From assembly GCA_973895155.1 (NCBI GenBank), contig OZ316892.1:9032283-9096282 (forward strand): a DNA stretch of 64,000 nt. Reading direction: 5' to 3'. This document shows positions 1 to 12,500 of this stretch, piece after piece. The DNA is from Marsupella aquatica. Lineage: Eukaryota > Plantae > Marchantiophyta. Below the pieces are notes generated by a model, which searched no databases, was not told where the DNA came from, and worked only from the letters and a program-made list of their open reading frames with translations. A program made the position numbers and the translations under genes. The number at the start of each line of letters is the position of its first letter. Position 1 is the first letter of the stretch.

Positions 1-2381
1 GAAGTATACTTTTAAGGGCCTAGGTCTAGACTGTAGCTCCTTGACCGTAACTCCCAATATAGACAAACTGATAATGAGGTTCATTCAGATAAAACTTTTA
101 AATGAGTATGGAAAAAATGACATTGACTTTAAATAAAGACAAAAACTGAAATGAGAATGGACAAAAAACAAAGGATGGGGCAAAGATTAACCAAAATAAC
201 ATAGAAATTGTATTATGCAATATTTCTCTTCATATCTATTTACCTTCAAGGAAGGGGTCATCGGGCTAGTTACACCAGATGCAAATCAAAAGCTTCAATG
301 ATTGCAGTAGATTCAGGTTGTTTTTGCAATGCCAGTTTATTTGTAAATTCAAGAGGGAGGTAAGGTGGCTGACACATGTAGTATCAGCCATCAGATTCTC
401 CTAGATTTAAGGAGAACTTCATATCTGGGGACAGCCATAGTGTTGGGACACAACGCCATGCAACTCGGTGGTCTAATTGTAAAGCGCTTCTTAGCATAGT
501 GCCAGTACTACTGTAGATTATTTTACTCACAAAACACTCAATGAAAATGTCCTGATTGGTCTGAATTTCTGTATCTCATCTATATTCATGAGTGAGTGAA
601 AAGTATTGAGATGTATCACTGGAATACAACCCACATGGTTAATAGAAAATGACTAGAGCAGAAAGTGTTCCACAAAACAGAGACTTTATGACAAGACATC
701 CGTAAAGTGTTATCTATAACATTGGCGATTTAATCTATTCTATTGTAGGGCCTTGTAAACTGTTCTCTCTGATTCGTTAAAATGAATAAATTAACCCGAT
801 CTCTATATTATTTGGTATTCTACTGTAAAATGCAAAGAGCAAAAGAAGACTCATACGAAGGTCTACAGTCTTTGCTGTTGAATCTATTCTACTTGTAAAG
901 TGGTTCCAGAGCAACTAGTCCGGTTCTTTTCTTGGATCCTTCACTCCTAAGCTCTACCAGGCTTTGAATTTTGCTGATAGATAGAGTCTGAGGCCTTTTC
1001 TCTTTGGTGGTATTTTGGAAGGTTTGTGTTCTTGTCCTTGGGCTATCGGAGCTCTTTGGTTACCTCCCCTTGACTAGGTCTTTTGCCAATGGGACTGTCT
1101 CCTGATTAGGCACTCTTTGTTATTTTGCAGTTTGAGATGTATAAAGAGCAAAAACAAACCCATACGAAGGTCCCCATAATATTTGCTATTTAGTCTTTTC
1201 TACTGTACAGCGCAAAGCAAACGCATACGAAGGACCTATAGACTACGGCGATGCCTGCAGACAGTGACATTTGGGGCAGGATGGAATGCGATATTGAGGG
1301 AAGCAATTTCTAAAGCAAAAGAAATGACGACGAAGTCATGCTGTGAATTAACCTCAACTATCTGATGAGCCCAATACGACTGGAGGAGTCCGAGGAAAGG
1401 TCATCCATCCTGCTTTGTGGCACTTCAGGCCTTTTATTAAATAGCATTGGACGCCCTTTGAATTGCAGGGTTTTGTCTTTAAACTACGGATTTTATCATT
1501 GTGCAACAAGAAGTCCAAGTCCACGCAGAGCTTAAGACTTTGATGCGGCTTGGTTTGACTGGTACAGAGGAGAATGGAGTGAGCTTGTGCCGAAGCTACA
1601 GAAAACAGAGTGGAATATGTACAGAAACCATACAAGTCAGCAAGTGACAACTTTCAAAAGAACATTTCACAACTACAGAGACCAGAAGATTCAGCTTGAA
1701 AAAATATTTTAGGATGATGCAATCACGTGAATAACTCACGAATTAATGCTTTATAAGCTTACAGAAAATGCTCTTAGCTTTACAGAAGAGCTACGCTGAA
1801 ATGGTACACCTACCTACCCGTAAACTCAAAGATGTCAGGCATTAGTCTCGGCTGCCGATCTATTCTACTTGCCTGGCTGCCAAACAACCTTCGTAGCTGT
1901 CCTGCGCTTTGTTTCAATTTGCAGTGCCAATGCGTCATAATCCTGTCTCCACTCAATCTTACAATGGTGATTAAAATCGGTAGAATGAATGACTGTCTAT
2001 CATGAAAAATGAATGAAATCAGGAAACTCGGATCGAGGCAATGACCTTGAATCTCCTAGCAATGTCCACAGAGAGAGTTTGCATAGGCCGACCCGTCGTT
2101 GTTGAAATGCTTCTGGATATGGAAAGGTGATCATCTCCAATCTAATGTCTCCGATTTATTCCTGAGTTCCTGGTTCAAAGATGACACAATAAGGGTCATA
2201 GAGTTTGTCTACCTAAGTACCTCATGCCCTTGTTACCCGAGCCTCGTTCACTCACGGAGTTTGTGAGTAACATGGTGAGTGTCAGTAATTGATCAGACAG
2301 CCTGTACGGAATGGATGCTGAAGTCAAAACTTTATGCTCCTTCAAAACCTGAGCTCTAAATACTTCCATGCCAGAATTAAT

Positions 2382-3665
2382 CTAGAGGTATCTTTTCTCA
2401 TAGAACCCGGTGACTTGGTCAGCGACAGCCCACATAATAGCCTGGCCTGGAGGAATGCGCATCAACCTTGGTAGTAACCCTTTCCACAAAGCTCTTGGGC
2501 CCTCATCTACAAATATGCGATGAATTGCATTTATCATCCCAGTGTACCGGACGTGTTCCTGAACACCAGCCACTGCATAGCGTGTTTGGGCCATTAACCT
2601 AGTCTTCACCACATCGAAAGGGCCTGTCGCTATGGGACCTGCAGTCCCTGCCAGAAATCCAGAGACCATGGATTGCCACGGCTGTAATGTTTGGCCATCC
2701 CCCTCCAGCTTTTTCCACAAAACACGGTCATACATATTTTTTGCAGTGAACATGACCGCTTGATTTGTTCCATTTCTCATCACCGTTGGCGCAGCCCCTG
2801 CCCACAATCCAAGCACACCTTCTTCACGCACAATTGTGGTAGCACACTGTACTGGACCCTTATATTTCAAGAGATGTGGTGCAAGACCCCTTTGTTGCTG
2901 AAGTCGAATTTTCACCACCTGTTGTGGGAGCAATCACCGCGATGAAAGGTCAGCGTTTGAACTCTCCTCCACTTTTCTCAAGCAGTAAATTCGCGATTGT
3001 CACGAGCTGAGATAACTATTCGTGCGACATATTAGGTTTGTAAAGCTATTTCCAATTCAGAATTAGAACAAGTTATGATGAATCATTCCACTGCTAAGGA
3101 AGTACATTAACGAGATTTTTTAGGTGGTGACAATGCAGAAAAAAAAGGTCTGAAAGATGGAGAGAACGAATGAGGGGGGAGAATTCCGAGAAGTCCAAAG
3201 GAATACCTCAAAAGGAGTGACAATGATGAGGGCCTCCAGGACACCTGCTCCGAATCCAGACGCCAAACGACCAGCATTGCTGAGCTTCCCAGTTTTAGAG
3301 TCCGTAAGGGCCGTTTGCAGCATTGCGTTACTTCCCATCCGAAGCGTGTATTTGAGAGTCAAATGCGTTGCGAATGGTGTCAGGCCTTTCCACATAGCCC
3401 GCACGCCCTCCGCCTTGATGACCGTCTTGCCACAGTGCACAATTCCTTGGTATTGCTTCGTGTGGTCCAGCTGGAGCCTCGTCTTGATGACATCTATCGG
3501 CTGAAGGCACATTGCTTCCATAACCCCTCCCAAAGACCCCGACAGCGCTTTCAACCACGGAGGAATCGCCGCATCGCTGCGCACCGTCTGCTGCTGCGTT
3601 TGCAACTGCCGTTTGCTCGACATAAACGCGTCCTTCTGAGACGGACCACTTGACAACGAAGCCAT
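2382..3665 (-). CDS. SFC1: Mitochondrial succinate/fumarate carrier (SLC25 family), 2 exons: 3665-3207 and 2918-2382, 331 aa
   Basis: Three mitochondrial-carrier signatures (PIDVIKTRLQ, PFE|VVKIRLQ, PFDVVKTRLM). A GT..AG intron at 3206-2919 joins TPFE to VVKIRL in frame. Plant SFC1-like motifs KGLTPFATHLTLKY, RNGTNQA and PRLMRIPPGQAI. Confidence 0.92.
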
Positions 3666-4844
3666 AGGCAGACCAACAAAAAAAAACAGAATCGAGACCG
3701 AATGGACTGCTCGATGAGCGTCTCTGTGAAAAAAAAATAGACTCTCTAGAATTAATCAATCACTCAATCAATAAATCAACAGACAAGACACAAGAAAAAC
3801 AGGAGTCCATCCAAACTCAAACTCAGGTGATCATTCCATACAGCCTCACGGAACAATGTGTTCCCGCCCATCGAATTTGATAAGGGCTCCAAAAAAAATG
3901 GGGAATCGCTCGACGGGAAGAGAGCGCCTTGACCTCCCAAACAATTCTTTCATTCACTGCGAAATTGGAGTGTCTACTGGATTGGATTGGAGTGCAAAGC
4001 GGAGGATGAGAAAGCGGAGGATGAGAAAGGAGGTGGGCGAGAGTGGTTGACGAAGGTGTCTCTGATGGAGCGCGAGGGACACCGCAACCTGCCGTAAAGG
4101 ACAGGTCGACGGGAGCTTCGCCACCCGTCGTCGCGGGGCCGACGGCCCACGGACCTGCGTCCTGCGACCTGGATTCGGCGATGACGGACCACAAGACTAA
4201 GGGCCCCAGCCCAAGGGCAAGGGCCAGCGGATGGGACCCAGGGTAATTTCTATTGTTTCTTGTCACAGGTGCCCTTCAAAAGCTGTAGGTGACAACATTA
4301 AAAATGTTTTTTTATTGAAATCGTGGAAAAACCGGTAGGTCTAGGGAATGGAATGTGTAGGAGGAAAAGGAATGGAATCTAAAAGGAAGGGAATGTGGAA
4401 AAGGGGGAAGGGAGGTCTTGGACTCTTCCTCTATGGGGTCAGTGGTGGTTTATTAATTGGCTATGGTGAAGGGCAAGAGGCAGCGGGTGGGACCCATGGT
4501 AGTTTTCAATTGGCCAGGGCTGCGAATGTTTTTTAGTCTAACGAGAAGATGCCATGAATATTTTATGTCTAGAATTGGAAGTTGTTTAGTAATATTTTTC
4601 ATTTCAATTTACTAGATTTAGTTTTAACCATTATATCAGTTTTGGACTAGAGTTCCTTATTTATTGTACGTTGGGTGTTCCCATTCCAAGCTGCCATTTC
4701 TCCTGTGCTACCTATTACTATGCTGCTACTTAGCGCCAGTTGCCTCCGGCATAGAAGGTGAAGAGTAGGTTAACCCATAGAAGGTGAAGGTAGTGGGATG
4801 TATTTCCCAATGGAGGTGAGCCTGACGTGGTTAAAGCCCTTTAT

Positions 4845-5055
4845 TGTTCAAATGTTGTTGACTAGTATGATTTTGCTCTGTAATGTTCAAATGTTCTTGA
4901 TTAGGATAAAAAGAGGGACATGTGACTACTATAGTACTATGATTTTGCTTTGTAATGTTCAAATGTTAGTGATTAGGATAAAAAGAGGGAGATGTGACTA
5001 GTATAATTTTGCTATGTAATGTTCAAATGTTCCTGATTGGGATAAAAAGAGGGAT
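4845..5055. repeat. Degenerate tandem repeat, about 3 copies of a 65-75 bp unit
   Basis: ATTTTGCTnTGTAATGTTCAAATGTTnnTGATTrGGATAAAAAGAGGGA recurs at about 4870, 4942 and 5006. Confidence 0.85.
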
Positions 5056-5935
5056 ATGCTTAACAGGCCCCCTCTTGCAGATACTTTGCTTAATCAACTA
5101 CCTCAAAACTTTTGTCCCAATCAGCCCCCTCTTTATGATCTGTACCCTTTGTTCTCGTGTAAGTTCTTATAAAGTGAGTTTTCAGCATTACAAAGACCGA
5201 ACAGGGTGACATTGCATTGTACCCATTCAACTACAAATTGTGCACCGACTAGATAAAAATCACAGTGACCGTGCAAAAATTGAACAACAACTACTACCAT
5301 ATGCAAGAACTGAACTGCACGCTTTGCACGTCCACCATGCTTCTATCAACATTAGGGTTATCTTATGCAAATACATTGACATGAATGTCTTCACTTTGTA
5401 AACGGATCATTTTTTTTTAATGTCCTCCCATTCCGTCTTTTGTCCACGCTCAAAAGGTAACAACTTTATGCAGCTTTTCACAAGGCGCACTGCACATGGA
5501 CCTACAACTGAAGTGTGTAATTGTTCATGCAACACAACAATAAGAGTCTATGAAGGATTGAAACTTGGATTTGTCAAGTGACAAATAAGATCTGTTTTGA
5601 AGATGAGTATGTCATGCACATGTCACTGAATAGATTGTCAATGTCAATTGCATTAATTCAAAATTCATTGCTACAGCCAAGTGCTTACAAACATGGGGTT
5701 GAATTCAGTGTTCAAAATTAACCTTCACCGAAGAGAAAAAGGTACTATATTCGCCACTCCAATCCCGTGTGCCTACGCTTCCAGAATGTACCAAAAGATC
5801 TCAACAGCACTCAAAATTCACCTGAATTGTCAAGAGCTCGGGTTTACCTGAATTTTTGAGAGCTCTCCTAAGCCCAACTTGAAGTCAAGGAAGAGGAATG
5901 TTGCTCTCCTATGTTGAATACCAATTTGCACTCCC

Positions 5936-6279
5936 TGTTAAGCATAGACGACATTCGCAACTGCAAGCCCATGAACCATCCAACGCACAAGAATCGACAC
6001 AAAGAGATACATGGTTCACCTCCACATGAGGTTACGTCCACGGGAACACACAAGAGCTTTACTGCACTCTAGGCCGACCGACCATACCAAGCATCCACAA
6101 CACAAGCTCTCCCTATCTCTCAACTAGCTCCGTAACAATGAGCCTAAGTTCCACCAGGGTCTGGCATCAGCCCTGGCTATATGCACAACAGCACTACCGC
6201 TAACTTTAGCTAAGTCCTAACCCAAGTTAGACTAACTGTGGTTAGCTCATGAGTCACAAGTCTAGAGCAATATCTAACA
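5936..6279 (-). mobile_element. Solo LTR (344 bp) of the Copia subfamily at 19174-25834
   Basis: Reverse complement of that element's LTR, with TG..CA ends and a 5-bp TSD CTCCC at 5931-5935 and 6280-6284. Confidence 0.93.
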
Positions 6280-7528
6280 CTCCCCACCGGGCCCTGGAAA
6301 AACCCTGAACAATATTTAAGATTGACAAATTCTCACCCCGAAGTGGCATTGCTACTGTGTTTGCCTGGGCTGGAGCTCAACCCGCCCAAATGCGCTAGAC
6401 ACATCTGATGGTGGGTATTGGCTGTACAATTTTTGTCCATACTACCCCTTGGTGAGCTGAGTTTTATATCTCAAAAGTGAATTCAAAGCCAGTTGGGCAC
6501 TTTCAGTTTGCGTTTTAAACTTTGCATCATTTTTTGTCCAATGTGCTCCAATCTTGTGGCAGGCTGGGTGTGAGGGTGAAGTCTATAGTATGCCAAAGGT
6601 TGCAAATCGATAACAATATTTGGGTCAGAGAGCATCTTTACCTAAGTGTCCTGGTGGAGACCTCTAGTGGGTGTTTGGATTCTAGCTCTATTAGCAATGG
6701 TTTCTTAAGTCCAGATAGCAATACCTACATAGATCCATTATTAGACTCAGAGGATGAACAAATTGGGGATCCTAGCAATGTCAATGCAAATTAAACCAGA
6801 TGAGTGGTTTCATTTAATATACACTTTACTAAATGGTGAGCGATACATATGAACCATGCCAAGCTGGGTTACACCATATCACTTTTCAAAAAAGTACAAA
6901 GAAAATAAAATAGAGGGGGTTTATGAGTATGAGAATACTCTGTCAAGAGGGTTTACACAAACTTGAACCCCAAGGAAATTTTCAGAAAATTGCTTACTTC
7001 ATGATAGCTATAGTTTTACCTTATAGTTATAGCTCGGCTCATAACCATGTCTCCATGAACCTGTCTTGAAGGCATACAACAAATACAAAAATAAAATGTT
7101 AAAATTGGGATAAGGCTCTAGTAACACACTTCTCTTGGTTGCCTGTCTTTATTAAGGTGTCTGCCTTTGGCATACTCTCTCCAAGTTTGACATTTCTGTT
7201 ATTTGGCAGTGATGTACATATAGCAACTACCCCAAGGTATGGCATTGCATAGTGTTGTCAATAGTAGATGATGTTGAGCATAAGTGTTGCCAAAACATAA
7301 GTGAGACTACTTGGCAGTCAAGACTGTAGGTAGTAGATGACTGCCTTGGCAGCTGAATTTCCAGTGGAGAGTGATCGAGTTGGGCATGGAGAAGGTGCCT
7401 AAGAGGGCCTTTAGGTTCATCTCATGGTTAGAAGAAACTATTGGGATAATCCAACAGCCACCAAGGCTTCCGGATGGAACTACATTTCTCAAGAGACCAT
7501 GGAAAATGAAGAGTGAGATACATAGATA

Positions 7529-8321
7529 CAGCTTTTTACTATGAATCCTGTCCCCCAAACTGACCTAAATTACTAACCTACCCCAAAAATATTTTAATTG
7601 TTAGGTTGCCCCCCATATTGTATATATGACTTACTTTCAATGTTGGAGTTAACCCTAGGTGATTATTATTGGTGGATTGACACATGGCAAGGCGCTATTG
7701 ACTCCACCCTACCCTGGCCGAGTTACCCTCACCCGGCTAGCTCTTTCCCATTTTTGAACAAGCCCTGCACCAAACAGGGCTGACCCCTCCCCCGTGCAAG
7801 TTTCAATCCCAACGCTGGCGACCTGGCTGGTTGAGTGCTCAAAAACAGGGTCCCACACTTCATACGGGCCTGATGATCCTCGGGTCCCAACGATCCACCC
7901 TATTCTCACTTCTATATGAGAACGAGGCCCCAAAACTATAAATATTTCCCATGTGTAAACAAACCCACATTCAAGTCTACCGTCTGAATCGAGCTGGGTC
8001 ATTGGGGGTCATGCTAGCCATGTTCAATGCAGGGCTTGTTCAAAAAATGGGAAAGAGCCAGCCGGGTGAGGATAAACTTGGTCAGGGTTAGGTGGAGCCA
8101 ATAGCACCTTGCCATGTGTCAATCCACCAATGAGAAATCACCTGGGGCTAACTAAAACAGTGAAAGTAACTCATATATACAGAATGGGGGCCAACCTAGC
8201 AATTAAAATAATTTTGGGGGTAACTCATATATACAGAATGGGGGCCAACCTAACAATAAATTTTTTTTGGGGTAAGTTAATAATTTAGTTCACTTCGGGG
8301 AAAGGATACTAAAAAGAGCTG
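7529..8321. mobile_element. Non-autonomous Mutator-like (MULE/fold-back) DNA transposon with long imperfect TIRs
   Basis: About 7529-7770 is an imperfect inverted copy of about 8028-8321 (ends CAGCT..AGCTG). It is flanked by the 10-bp direct repeat TACATAGATA at 7519-7528 and 8322-8331. No transposase ORF. Confidence 0.8.
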
Positions 8322-8332
8322 TACATAGATAA

Positions 8333-8467
8333 TGGGCCCCAAGTTCTTGTGAAGCCACCCTACTCTAACGTTGATGATCGAAGAGCTCACACAATTTTGC
8401 AAACTTTACAAGTCGGTGTTTGGTGGAGATTTGAGGGACCTAAACCCTAAACCCTCTTCAAACCCTA
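8333..8467 (+). promoter_or_regulatory. Putative UTP7 promoter: site II element plus two telo-boxes
   Basis: TGGGCC at 8333 and AAACCCTA at 8442 and 8460. This pairing is typical of plant ribosome-biogenesis gene promoters. Probable 5'UTR intron from donor GTGAGC at about 8522 to acceptor TGCAG at 9490. Confidence 0.55.
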
Positions 8468-9535
8468 ACTTCTTCGCGACATCAGATTTTGTGCGTCCGC
8501 TCCTCTCCCCTCTTTCAGACGGTGAGCTTCGAGAATCACCAGAAATTCGTTTCTCTGGACAGCATCTACAATAGACTGGGTTCTCGCGTGAAGTTGTAGA
8601 AAGAGCACAGTGCTCCAACACCTTGTTGTTTGAGCTCCTGAGCGGAGTTTCGGGCCGGCGAACAAGAAGAAGTACATGGTCTGGCTGTTTAAGTCTCAAA
8701 GTAGGATTGTTTCCCGCGGACAGTTTCAGGGTGTGGATGTGGTGCATCAGAAGGCTTTTTTTTTTTCTGTCCTCAGGTGGTTCACGTATTTGGCACAGAT
8801 GAAGGGGATGGTGACTTTTCATGATGTGCTGGATGAACTTGACCATGTTAACGAACATTGATTCTAGGGTTACGCCTCACAGACAGAGCGATAGCCGCTC
8901 ATTGAGCCAACCAACCGGAGCTGGGTAGGGAATGATGGAAGAAAGAAGAGGTGGCGACGCTGGGTACCAGGGCGGTGGCAATGATGGGTGGATTTTGCCT
9001 TGATTCGAGGCTTTGAACATCCTCCAGGTACTAGAGCTGACTCTTCTTTGTGCAATGCCGTCTTACGGTGATTTTTAGTCGCCGTCCAGGGCTTATTATC
9101 GAAATGCGGATCCTTTCTGCACTGTTACCGCCTTCATCGTCAATGTCAGATAACTTATCGGTTCGCTGTACAGTAAGCTTATGGTCAGATGTAGGGTTTA
9201 AATTGTTCGCTCGACAACATCTTTTGATGTCGATCAGGGGTTAAGAACATTCATTACATTTTCCTTCAAGTGCAGAGCTCTGAGAGGAGCACGTTTGCAC
9301 ACATGATGAATATAGAAGTTATCTGACCTATAGTTTCGGCGGCTTGATGGGTTCCGGCTACCTGTCATTAAGCTAAGGTCGATTTTAGCTGGTTAGCAGG
9401 AGGATTCTAAACATTACGAGCATCAAAGTAGTAATTGTGACCCGGAATCCAAACCTGACTTCGGAGTTGTTGCTGATCGTGCGACTGCAGGGAGGTTAAA
9501 GCGTGGAGATTCCATCGACCTCCTCAAGTTTCAAG

Positions 9536-12500
9536 ATGAAGGACAACAAGACCAAAATGAAAGGTAGAAAAGACAAGAGAACTGGGCGGGGAGCTCTGAT
9601 GAAGAAGTACGAGAGAGGACCGCGAACGTCTCTGAAGGTAAGTTTGACCATCGACCAGCCCTGCACCTTTCTGATTTTAAGCCTGAATTCCATCTTCCTT
9701 TATGGATCTAGAAGATCTTGTATTTATTGAGCAGATTTTCAGAGGATGCGCAATTGTTTATGCAGGGTATTACAGATAAGAAGCTGAAAGGCCAGTTAAA
9801 GGCGAAGGAGAAACTCTTCGGCGAGGCCACTTTGAATGCGGCACAAGTTGAACAGGTTAGTCCCGTTTGTTTCTTAATGTTGCATAGCCTGCCGCCGCTG
9901 GTTCTATGCGCTCATCAAAAGAAGAGCCTTCAGTTCTCTGTCTTCGTCTGTGGATCATATGCTGGAATGTTGGAGCTCGAGTACTTCCTCTAGTGTTGGC
10001 ACTATTATTGTAACCCTGCTGTCTAGAAGGATGTGGCCTTACCTGACCAGTGGTGCATGGATGACAGTGGCTGCTGCCAAGTGAAGGAGGGTTTTTGGAG
10101 CCCGAGGGGCTTGAGCAGACACGGAATTTCAGCCAACAAGCAATAGTAAATGAGGTCGATATTTCCAGTGCACGCAAAGCATTTGACCTTCAGCTGCCAG
10201 GTCTGCTCACCCCTCTGGATTGTCAACATGAAATCCCTGGTTTGTCTGGGACGGGATGAGTTTACAGTAGATATGGTCGATTTGCGAATGTTTTGCAGTT
10301 TCTCTGTTCTTTTGTGCACAATTAAGCCGGCGTGGTCTTAGCCTTGCCATGACTTCCATGCGACTATGTGTACATAGAGTGAACGCTGGAATCTGTCTGC
10401 CTGCTTCGATAGCCTGTGGGCCATGATCTTGGAGGCCTGGATTTGCCAGACATTCGTCATTTTAATGTCAGAGACATTCAATCTTCCACCATGAAATCCT
10501 GTCAAATATCCGGATTTATCCATTCCATACTCCCTTATCGCTTCTTTTGGGTGAAATGTCCCAGCCGCTTGTAACTCTTGTCTGAGAAACTTGCCATTCC
10601 CTCCCCTTACGTGTGCACAATGAAGCCGGCCTTGTCTTAGCTCTGCCAGGAATTCCATACGACTGTGTGCACATGTAGGATGTGCTGGAATCTGTCTGCA
10701 TGCTTCAATAGCCTGTGGGCCATGGTCTTGGAGCGCCGGATTTGCCAGGCATTTTCTTATGTTTGTCGAGACGTGTGTCTTGTTCACTCCGATTTTATGT
10801 ATCTTTTTGTTTTGTCCAAGAGGTGGATCTCTCTTTCTGGTCTTCGATGTATCGGCCACAACTGTGCAACTGCTCTGTCATCTCAATGGAGTTCCACTCT
10901 TTCTCTTGCCTTGTGCACAATTAAGCCGGCGTGGTCTGAGCACCGCTGTGAGTTCCATGCGACTATGTGTACATATAGCAAATGCTGGAATCTGTCTGCC
11001 TGTTTGGATAGCCTACGGGCCATGACCTTGGAGGCCTGGATTTGCCAGACATTCCTCATGTTGTGTTATCGCTTGATGACGCGGTGTTTGGTCTGCATTT
11101 GTCAACAATCTTTCTTGTCCAAAGGAATGAAACTATCATTGGACGGTTTTGGGCCCGGTTATGACATAGGTTCTCGTATACCATTTTTTTCTTGTTTTGT
11201 ATCTGGAGATGGGGTTTGAGGCTGCTCATTTTCTTGATCTGGTACTTGATTATGGCTTCAGGAAAACTAAGGAATTTATGTCTCCTTGGCAGACCTGGGC
11301 CCTTACACTATTGACTACTCCCTCAATGGGCGATACTTGGCCCTCGCTGGAAGGAAGGGGCATCTTGCAATTATGGATTGGAAGCAGGCCCGACTGATAA
11401 CAGAGTTACAGGTAAGAATATCTCGGGGGATGCAGTGCTTTGCGTTCGCTTAGTTGACTCTAGTAGTTTGGCCCTATCTGGTGCTACACACTTCCCACAG
11501 TTTCATCAGTAGGGATTAGACAATCTATCTAAGAGAACGTTGGAAAAGCATTAATAGTCTGACAAATAGGCAATACACCAAAAGTTTTACGCACATCATG
11601 CGATTTTTACAGGAAAATTGTCATTGACGGTGACAAATTAGCCATCCACATGTTTGTACTTCGCCTGGATTGGAAACATTTCCATGCTTTGTACCAAGAT
11701 TCCATGTGTTTGGTCAGTCAGATTACCGATATAAATTTGGAAATGTTAGTACTTCGCCAGGCAGGGTTGTCTTCAAAGTTATCTTTAAGACTCCACCCTG
11801 CTGGCACTACTCATCGCCAAACATGCTTATCGATCTTACTATAAACAATCTTTTGGGCCTCCATTTACCTACTGCTCATCAGATGCATCACCTCGTTTTG
11901 AACAGCGCGATTTCTTTCCCGTCGTTGGTGGTGTTCGATTTTCTTTCTGCATCTCGAGATCTTCTCTTTGTTGGCTGCAAAATCGTGACTGCCAATGAGT
12001 AACGTCTGTTCACTTGGTTGCAGGTGAAGGAAACTGTGAGGGACGTGAAGTTTTTGCATAACGAACAGTTTTTTGCTGTAGCACAGAAGAAGTACGTAAA
12101 CCTTTGGCTAGCCAACGGCTGTAGTGGGCGATTCTACTGCATTTACATCACGTTCTTTGAGTATAGGTAATGTCTTGCCAGTGTCCCATGACGTAACGAC
12201 AGTTATGTAACATGTAATGACAAAATGGTTTTAATATTTGTTGCAGGTATACATATATTTATGACAAGCAGGGTGTAGAAATTCATTGTTTAAGGGTACG
12301 AATCTTTTCACCATTGTCCAATAGCTAACTTTCTTCTAGTGTGGAGGGTGGATTGTGAAACGATCATTGCGGAAGAAATTCTAGATGCGCTATTTTAGTG
12401 AAATCTGCTGTAGGTCATTGTTTTTAAAGTACGATAGTGACTTATTCCTGGTGGCTCATTTGAAGGTGTTTGAGAATTAGCTTCAGTTATTTGAACGGTA

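Noticed and set aside
815-1245. Degenerate repeats containing CATACGAAGG
   Set aside because: Three short diverged copies with no termini or structure that I can support.
3120-3206. C-terminal extension of SFC1 exon 1 (VFLWTS..), and antisense ORFs over SFC1
   Set aside because: Intron read-through and shadow ORFs.
8406-9244. A separate gene upstream of UTP7 (150-aa minus ORF and others)
   Set aside because: No recognisable domain; it overlaps the inferred UTP7 promoter and 5'UTR intron.
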